From the NCBI GenBank assembly GCA_048939625.1, contig JBHLPH010000024.1, positions 1 to 26,692 of the forward strand: 26,692 nucleotides of DNA, given 5' to 3'. Shown here one piece after another: positions 16,451 through 22,998 of the stretch (position 1 is the stretch's first letter; every line of letters begins with the position of its first letter). The notes below the pieces were generated by a model. That model was not told where the DNA came from. It made no database searches and saw nothing but the letters and a program-made list of their open reading frames with translations. A program made the translations under genes and the position numbers. Origin of the DNA: Promethearchaeota archaeon (GTDB lineage Archaea > Asgardarchaeota > Hermodarchaeia > Hermodarchaeales > Hermodarchaeaceae).

Positions 16451-19135
16451 TCAACGAGTGCTTTGAATGAAGGATTTCGATTTATGTTGTTCTTGCTCCC
16501 ATTTCTTTCTCGCTGTACGTAGTTTAAAGAGATCAATGTCCTTGTAGATGACTGCTTCTTTGCCTTTGGGGATGGTTCGTTCTTCACGGTCTTTTTCGGG
16601 GCTATAAATGAGTGAATCACCGAATTCAGCCACGTTAACGAAGAAACTATACGCGTAGATAGAGCGCCTAGCATCAAAGTGTGTCGCTTTAAAATCAGCC
16701 GTAACGGGTGTAAATGCAGGATTGATGATGATGTCAATTGGTGGTTCGAAGTTTTTCAATTCAACTCGGAGATCCATATCTAAGAAATCTCTACAGATTA
16801 TCACTGCAATACGTCCAAATTCGGTATTCGCAATGGTAATTGTGGTCGGCGTGTCACCAGTGTTTATGCCTTCGGTGATTCGCTTTTTCTGAAAGTGAAT
16901 AATTGCTGGGATATGTTTGGATTGTTCCCATTGGAGACCTTGAGGGGATATGATGCTACTGATGTTTTGCTGTGTCTCAACCTTGTGATATGAACCGGGA
17001 ATTAGGTACATGTCATATTTCTTTGCAAGACTGTAAACCTCCTCACGAAGTATCGAGTCGTTCAAGTCGATTGTTAGTTCTGGGAACGCTAGAATTCGGA
17101 CAGCGTTGGCTGCAGCCTCTTTGACCAAGGCTTGGAGTGTTTTTCGAATCGAGTTGATTTTTTCTTTTCGAATTGTAAATAAGCCGGGTGCTTGTTCCTC
17201 ATAGTACTCCTTGAGAATATCCCCATTATGTGACAAGCCAATTTGGGCGATACCCACCCGAAAAACGCTCTGGGCATGTTGTTGTCCATCTGCAAGGAAG
17301 TCAAGATATTCGAGTTGGTACTTCTTTTTCTGGCGTGTTGCGGTTAGTCCTTGTTCATCTATCATTTCGGTGACGGTTTCTTGAATCATGCGTTCGAGCA
17401 GGTCATCCAGCTTCGTGAGTTCAATCAATTCTTGTTTCGTAGGATTCTCCTTGATGATTCGATCCCATTTTTCTATCTGGGAATCGAGAAGCTTTCTTTC
17501 CTTCAAGAGTGTCTGAGCGAGCCGATCTAAACCTGTTTCATCAGCAATAGCCTGGGCTTGGGTGAGGAGTTTATTCGCACGACCCATATCCATTTCGATT
17601 AACGCTAGCTTTGATTGGAGAAGATAGGTTTCCGCTAGGAGGGATTGGGAGGACTGCTCCTTGGCAATTCGAAGTAGTTGGTTTGAGAGATGGCCAATGT
17701 CAGAGATTAGTTCTACTTCACCTGTTAGTTTGAGTTCAGAAAGAAGTACTTCAGTAAGGTGAATCATAGCTGTGACTGTAAGGGAATGATCATAGACCTC
17801 TTCTTTGACAACTGTTTCCAGAATCTCTGCAGCCTTGATTTTCTGGCGTGTGCGCTTACTCGATTTGAGAATGAGGGCTTGTGCGACGTTGAAACGCTGA
17901 GTAATAACAGGGTTCTTGGCTCGAGAATGAATTGCCTTTAGCTGAATCATTGTACTTTCAACGAGATTGGAATCTTGTTTCTCAAGAGCAATCCAAACAA
18001 GTTCAAAAAGGACCATGGCTGTCAAGAAATCGTTACCGAGATCTTCATAGAGCTTTAAACTTCGTTGATAGTAATCTTGAGACTTGCTGTACTCACCTTT
18101 TTTCCGATATACACCTCCAATGTTAGCTAGCAGTAGGGCTATAGATTCTGTGATTTGTAACTCTTCATAAATTCGAAGACTTCTTTGAAAGTGTTCAAGA
18201 GCTTGGTCCAAATCCCCTTTCAAGTCGAAAATATTACCCAGATTGTTGATAGCAAGGGCAATGTCCGATCGGCGACCAGTTTTTTCACTGAATTCCAGAC
18301 TTTTTTCATAATGGCTTTGTGCTTGTTTTAAATCACCTTTGAATTGAAATACGACTCCTAAATTCAAAAGTGAGCGGGCAATATCATGCGGATTTCCGAT
18401 TTCTTCGGTGAGAACTAAACTTCTTTGTTGATATGTCAGGGCTTTCTCAAGGGCACCGAGTCTTGTATAGCAGTTTCCTAAGTTGGATAGGGTAACTGCG
18501 ATATTCCTCTTGATGCCCAGTTGTTCAAAAACCTCCAAAGCTTGGTTATAGAATTCGATCGCCTGATCGAGTTCTCCTTTAGACCAATGAACGAGTCCAA
18601 GGTTATTTAGCGACGAAGCAATTCCTGGTTTGTCATGCAGGGTTTCTCTGATTTCTAGACTTTGCCTATGATAATCTGACGCAGTATCGAAGTCCCCTTT
18701 ATACCAATATAATATACCACCTTGGTGGAGTAACTCCGATTTCCTGATTTTGATTTCTTCGTCTCTTCGTGGTGTCATCACCTCGACTTCTCGTAAAGCT
18801 TTAGTTACGAGCTCAAGGGCCTTATCCATCTGTTCTCTGAGACGAAGCAGTTCCACCTGAAGTGTTATGACATCTATAAATATCAACGAAGATTTTTCTT
18901 CCCGAGATGATTCTTTGACTTCGTTTAGAATGGATTCGGCCTGGTTTAAATCTCCTAAGTCTATCAACAAGCGAACCTGAAGTACTTTGTAAGTCAGCTG
19001 GTCTTCTTTTGGCAATTGGTCGAAGTGTAGAGCTGCCAACTGCGCCATGGCCGAATTATATTCACCTTGCTCTCTGAGCTGGCGAATATGCATCAATTGC
19101 TTCTGAACTTTCGAAGACAATTCTGGTTCTTCCAA
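16451..19135 (-). CDS. TPR-repeat protein fused to a C-terminal carbon-nitrogen hydrolase (nitrilase-fold) domain
   Basis: Tandem 40-aa TPRs (IA.SLNNLG.V....GELDQA..FY.QAL). C-terminal RVGIAQ, LAFPEL (Glu), QSKHIP (Lys), FGRIAVIICRDF (Cys), IIINPAF. Confidence 0.85.
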   Translation of the reverse strand: MEEPELSSKVQKQLMHIRQLREQGEYNSAMAQLAALHFDQLPKEDQLTYKVLQVRLLIDLGDLNQAESILNEVKESSREEKSSLIFIDVITLQVELLRLREQMDKALELVTKALREVEVMTPRRDEEIKIRKSELLHQGGILYWYKGDFDTASDYHRQSLEIRETLHDKPGIASSLNNLGLVHWSKGELDQAIEFYNQALEVFEQLGIKRNIAVTLSNLGNCYTRLGALEKALTYQQRSLVLTEEIGNPHDIARSLLNLGVVFQFKGDLKQAQSHYEKSLEFSEKTGRRSDIALAINNLGNIFDLKGDLDQALEHFQRSLRIYEELQITESIALLLANIGGVYRKKGEYSKSQDYYQRSLKLYEDLGNDFLTAMVLFELVWIALEKQDSNLVESTMIQLKAIHSRAKNPVITQRFNVAQALILKSSKRTRQKIKAAEILETVVKEEVYDHSLTVTAMIHLTEVLLSELKLTGEVELISDIGHLSNQLLRIAKEQSSQSLLAETYLLQSKLALIEMDMGRANKLLTQAQAIADETGLDRLAQTLLKERKLLDSQIEKWDRIIKENPTKQELIELTKLDDLLERMIQETVTEMIDEQGLTATRQKKKYQLEYLDFLADGQQHAQSVFRVGIAQIGLSHNGDILKEYYEEQAPGLFTIRKEKINSIRKTLQALVKEAAANAVRILAFPELTIDLNDSILREEVYSLAKKYDMYLIPGSYHKVETQQNISSIISPQGLQWEQSKHIPAIIHFQKKRITEGINTGDTPTTITIANTEFGRIAVIICRDFLDMDLRVELKNFEPPIDIIINPAFTPVTADFKATHFDARRSIYAYSFFVNVAEFGDSLIYSPEKDREERTIPKGKEAVIYKDIDLFKLRTARKKWEQEQHKSKSFIQSTR

Positions 19136-19213
19136 GGAATAGTCGTTAGTTTATTCAAGGGGCATCTTATATTTCTTTGAATTGGAAGCATTTCAAATCA
19201 GTATTTTCTGAGA

Positions 19214-19393
19214 ATGTTAATTGCCTTGAGTGCAGATATTACAGTATTCCTAGTTTACATCCCCTTGGCAAAGGGATTCTTCCAAATTGAAACAAGTCAA
19301 ACTTTTATGATTGCTATTATCGGTGCGATTGTCACGATACTAATAATCTTTGTTGGATATTTCATAATCCTCATTTTTGCTCCATATATCTAA
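19214..19393 (+). CDS. Small membrane protein or gene remnant (59 aa), not in the ORF track
   Basis: Hand translation MLIALSADITVFLVYIPLAKGFFQIETSQTFMIAIIGAIVTILIIFVGYFIILIFAPYI, with a clear TM helix in the second half. Confidence 0.4.
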   Translation: MLIALSADITVFLVYIPLAKGFFQIETSQTFMIAIIGAIVTILIIFVGYFIILIFAPYI

Positions 19394-19616
19394 GGCCTTC
19401 ATTTCAATTAGCCTTGGTATAGGGAGGAGTGCAGAGGTAGAGGTCATAGGGATATATCAGAGATAGGCACCAACTGAGGTTTAGCGTATCTCCTAAAATG
19501 TTCTGCATTAAATGTCGGGTTTTGTGTTGGGTCGAAAAACTCCTTTTTCTAGGGGAGATATCCTTTTTAGCAGGTCTTTTGTTAGAAAGCCTTGTCCGCG
19601 TTTGAGGGATTAGTGG

Positions 19617-20177
19617 ATGAGAAAGAAATACGTCCTCTTAGCAGTGCTTTTAATCTGTACTGTGACACCCTACTTGGTCACCCTTTGGAACTATAATACT
19701 GTTATAGTGACTTCGAATAAAACTCTGCAGGGAAATTTAGAATTTTCCGCACCGATTGTGAATAATCCTCTCCTTGAGTGGAGTTACTGGGTGTACGCGG
19801 AATATGCCGACTTTCGGACTGGACCACCGTGGGATGATGATATCCGGATCACCATTGAAGTGCGAAATAGCACTGGTCAGATTGTGACAAGCGTAGAATT
19901 AGACCTTAATGTCGTATCTCAAAACTTCCTGTTGGGCACATTCCGGCAGTTCGGTAGTCTCATCCTTCCAGTACCCGCACCCGACATCTACGCTATTAAC
20001 ATGACTACTGAATTCGACCAGCCCCTCCAGGTTGCCGTCGTGCATCGGTGGCAGCCCCTGATGGACATTTTGTTTATTATCGCCATCATTGGAGGACTCA
20101 CGTTCGTCGCTAATATTTGCAGTCTTTTGATTCGTAAACGCAGAACAACCTCCCAAAAGCTTTTACAAAGCTTTTAA
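19617..20177 (+). CDS. Hypothetical protein with N-terminal signal/TM, beta-rich ectodomain and C-terminal TM
   Basis: MRKK plus hydrophobic N-terminus, and a C-terminal TM followed by RKRR. Confidence 0.75.
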   Translation: MRKKYVLLAVLLICTVTPYLVTLWNYNTVIVTSNKTLQGNLEFSAPIVNNPLLEWSYWVYAEYADFRTGPPWDDDIRITIEVRNSTGQIVTSVELDLNVVSQNFLLGTFRQFGSLILPVPAPDIYAINMTTEFDQPLQVAVVHRWQPLMDILFIIAIIGGLTFVANICSLLIRKRRTTSQKLLQSF

Positions 20178-20194
20178 CAGATTTCTCCACAATC

Positions 20195-20998
20195 ATGGAA
20201 TCCGTTGCTTTGGTAAATGCGTCCCCTGATTTTAAGCAGACAATCTCCCAAGGACTCAACCTAATCGGTGGTTTCGGGCTTTTAAAATCTCCAATTATCA
20301 TCAAGCCAAACATATGTACAATCTCAGATAATACTGGCTACTCAGTTACCCATCCATTTGTGGTCGAAACGCTTTGTTCCTTAATCTACCAACAGGATTC
20401 CGCTCTTTCGGTTCGTATTGTTGAATCTGATAGTCAGAGTAAATGGGCGAATCAGGCTTTCACAAAATTCGGTTATTCTGATCTCGTTTCACAGTTCCAG
20501 GCTGAAGGCTATGACTTGAGCATAGTTAACCTCAGTGAGTGCCCCTTGAAAGTTGTGCCGTTTGAAGGAGAATATTTCTCTAATCCCGAACTCCCAAATG
20601 AACTCTTAAATCACAGTTATGTGATTTCCGTGGCTCAAGCTAAAACTCACTATTTAACCTCGATAACTGGTGTGCTGAAAAACTTGTTCGGATTTCTCCC
20701 TCGAAAGAAAATGGGCTATTATCATCCAAATATTAATGAAGTCATTGTCGATTTGAACCGTCTTTTTCCCATCAATCTGGCGATTGTAGATGCCCGTGTG
20801 GGAGTAAAAGGATGGAATGGACCAGAAACATTCCCATTAGGAAAATTCATCTTTGGTCACAAACCCGTGTCAGTTGATGCAACACTAGCCCGATTGATGG
20901 AAGTAGATCCTGAAACAATACAGCATTTAATACAATGCCATAAATACGGACTTGGCACATTATCCCCAACAATCCTCAATGATATTGGAAGTGTTTAG
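20195..20998 (+). CDS. DUF362 domain protein
   Basis: IIIKPN, THP, KTH...TGVLKNLFG and PVSVDA motifs. Confidence 0.88.
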   Translation: MESVALVNASPDFKQTISQGLNLIGGFGLLKSPIIIKPNICTISDNTGYSVTHPFVVETLCSLIYQQDSALSVRIVESDSQSKWANQAFTKFGYSDLVSQFQAEGYDLSIVNLSECPLKVVPFEGEYFSNPELPNELLNHSYVISVAQAKTHYLTSITGVLKNLFGFLPRKKMGYYHPNINEVIVDLNRLFPINLAIVDARVGVKGWNGPETFPLGKFIFGHKPVSVDATLARLMEVDPETIQHLIQCHKYGLGTLSPTILNDIGSV

Positions 20999-21491
20999 GC
21001 TGCCAGAAACTAAACCGGAACATGTCTTTACCGAACTAGCTTTCTATCTTTGGAGAGTTCGATTTGAACCGGATCAGGAATGGTTACCCGAACTGATGTT
21101 TAATGGCTCAGAGAAAGCCTTAGCCACGATCCGTGATGCCATTCAGACAATGCGTGAAGAATTCAAAACGCAAGGACAAAGTACTCGAAAGTTTCTCTGT
21201 AATCCACCTGAGGACGTTGATGTTCTTCGATTTGCCCGAGAAAATAAGGCTGAAATCGAATGGCAAATATGGCTAGTCCTTCGAATGGAACAACATGTGT
21301 CAGAGGGTACAACATATGAGGTGAAAAATAAAGCCGTAACAGTCCGATTGAATGATCAGATGGCAGCTGAGTTCACCAGAGTGTTAGATGACTACTTGAA
21401 ACCGGGAGCGATTCACATGAATGGTCTTCCTGTCCCCGGAAATCTATTCCTTGCTTTAGACTGGTTGGGTATTGAAGTGTGGTCAGAATAA
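20991..21491 (+). CDS. Hypothetical protein
   Basis: ORF open from 20952. In-frame GTG 20991 overlaps the DUF362 3' end. No motif recognised. Confidence 0.7.
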   Translation: MFRLPETKPEHVFTELAFYLWRVRFEPDQEWLPELMFNGSEKALATIRDAIQTMREEFKTQGQSTRKFLCNPPEDVDVLRFARENKAEIEWQIWLVLRMEQHVSEGTTYEVKNKAVTVRLNDQMAAEFTRVLDDYLKPGAIHMNGLPVPGNLFLALDWLGIEVWSE

Positions 21492-21528
21492 TGATCTTTT
21501 GATAGTTTTTCCATAGTTCAAAAGTTGT

Positions 21529-21550
21529 AAAAAAAGAGAAAGGGTGAGAA
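21529..21550 (-). terminator. Pyrimidine/poly-T terminator after the acidic micro-ORF
   Basis: Minus strand reads TTCTCACCCTTTCTCTTTTTTT right after TAA. Confidence 0.5.
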
Positions 21551-21555
21551 GGCTG

Positions 21556-21633
21556 TTACCAGTCCTCCTCATCCTCGTCTTCCCATTCTTCTTCTTCTTC
21601 GTCGTCTTCAGGGCCGTATTCGTATGGATTCAT
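21556..21633 (-). CDS. Acidic micro-protein (25 aa), not in the ORF track
   Basis: MNPYEYGPEDDEEEEEWEDEDEEDW. AAGGTGA RBS upstream, mixed GAA/GAG/GAC/GAT codons, poly-T downstream. Confidence 0.7.
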   Translation of the reverse strand: MNPYEYGPEDDEEEEEWEDEDEEDW

Positions 21634-21775
21634 TCTCTTCACCTTCTTTGATTCATCATGACGTTGTTCAACAGGCAACCATCCGACATCTATCCATCCA
21701 GCAGGGCTAATGGACCACTCCTGCTCTTTGAATAGAGGTCGTGGTCTACGAGGGTCCGTCCGACTCGAAAATGGG

Positions 21776-21847
21776 TTATTTCTTACCCTTCTTTTCGGTA
21801 GTGGTCTTTCCCTTACTCTTTTTCTTTCCTGACTTTTTCTTAGCCAT
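21776..21847 (-). CDS. Lysine-rich micro-protein (23 aa), not in the ORF track
   Basis: MAKKKSGKKKSKGKTTTEKKGKK. GGTCGTGA upstream of ATG, mixed AAA/AAG codons. Confidence 0.65.
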   Translation of the reverse strand: MAKKKSGKKKSKGKTTTEKKGKK

Positions 21848-22042
21848 GAGAATCACGACCAGCGTACCCAAACTGTCGGTTCTAAATCAAAATATTTGTA
21901 CAAAAAATGAGGTTTATTTTCGGTGAAAATCAAAAAATACCGCTTGTTAATCCTTTTTTACAAAGAATGAAACGTAATTATTTTTCGTTAATGATTTTTG
22001 ACTCAAAATCAGTTTAAGATTGAAAAAGAAGGCTATTTCGAT

Positions 22043-22963
22043 TTACTTTGATGCGTCACACAAATTCAATCTATGATGCACTCTTGTAATTGCCGATGCG
22101 ACTCGGTTAACAAGATTGGAAAGATCGATTCCAAATTCATTATGGAAAAATTGTACCTGTTTCCGAAATAAGCGCATCTGTGATCGTAATCGACGAAACT
22201 GGTTGGAGAATTGTTTTGTCTGTCCGTTTTCCTTTTGGACTGTACTCAGTCTCATAAATAAGCTCCGGCAAGCCTTAACAATCCGTTGAGCGCGGTTTGT
22301 TAGGTTTGACTGAATTACTTCGACTATTATGCGATCACCAGAAGAATGGACTAGCTCTAATCGTGGAGCATACAACACCTCTGCTCCAAGCTCTAGAAGA
22401 CGGGAAATAAATTCACTGGGGCGAAGTAGAGATGGTGAATATAATCGAACACGACGAGTTCGGATTTGAGGTAATAACACGATACCTGGCCTCAAACGAA
22501 TAAGTGGTGTCCGGTGAAATATTCGCGATAAGGCTTTTCGCTGAAACTCAGTCTGTAACGGATTGAATAGAACCATCAGATAACGTCGCGAATTTCCTTG
22601 CGAAGTGGTTTGGGTTCTTGCTAATATTGTATTATCACGTCTTGGAATAAAGGTTAGACAATCGGTGTTTTCTAAGGTTAGCCTAAATGGAGTAATTGTC
22701 GGTTGTCGCTTTATTCCATATAATCCATGTCGAATTTGAATCAAGCTAGGATTATCGGTTAAGGCATTTTGATGAATGCTTTTAGCTATGAAGAACCGGG
22801 AAAAGCCCTTGAGTTTCATTGCAGAGCCAATAGTGGGCTCCGCTAGACGCTCAGAACTGGAGGAAAGTACACCATCCTTTGGGATTGATGTCATCTTGTT
22901 AAAAGGGGCTCGATTACTATTTTTGCCTGAATATACCTCGTATTTTACCTTTTCTGTATGCAA
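22043..22963 (-). CDS. Basic hypothetical protein, probable PaaX/ChrB_N-like nucleic-acid-binding regulator
   Basis: LIQIRHGLY (winged-helix wing-like), YLMVLF...RKALSR....LIRLRPGIVLLP...ELGAEV pattern and C-terminal coiled helices. Start uncertain. Confidence 0.5.
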   Translation of the reverse strand: MHTEKVKYEVYSGKNSNRAPFNKMTSIPKDGVLSSSSERLAEPTIGSAMKLKGFSRFFIAKSIHQNALTDNPSLIQIRHGLYGIKRQPTITPFRLTLENTDCLTFIPRRDNTILARTQTTSQGNSRRYLMVLFNPLQTEFQRKALSRIFHRTPLIRLRPGIVLLPQIRTRRVRLYSPSLLRPSEFISRLLELGAEVLYAPRLELVHSSGDRIIVEVIQSNLTNRAQRIVKACRSLFMRLSTVQKENGQTKQFSNQFRRLRSQMRLFRKQVQFFHNEFGIDLSNLVNRVASAITRVHHRLNLCDASK

Positions 22964-22998
22964 TGATTTATGAATTTAAATTTGAATATTACAGCTGG

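Noticed and set aside
21608-21659. Possible C/D box sRNA (ATGATGA...CTGA, about 52 nt, minus strand) over the acidic ORF start
   Set aside because: No convincing C'/D' boxes, and the coding reading with an RBS explains the region better. A K-turn cannot be fully excluded.
21741-21926. Plus-strand 61-aa Phe-rich ORF in the track
   Set aside because: Antisense shadow of the Lys-rich micro-ORF, which has the RBS-like context.
12818-21970. 13-bp TTACAAAGAATGA shared between 12818 and 21958
   Set aside because: Matches of this length are expected by chance in 27 kb with AT-rich spacers.
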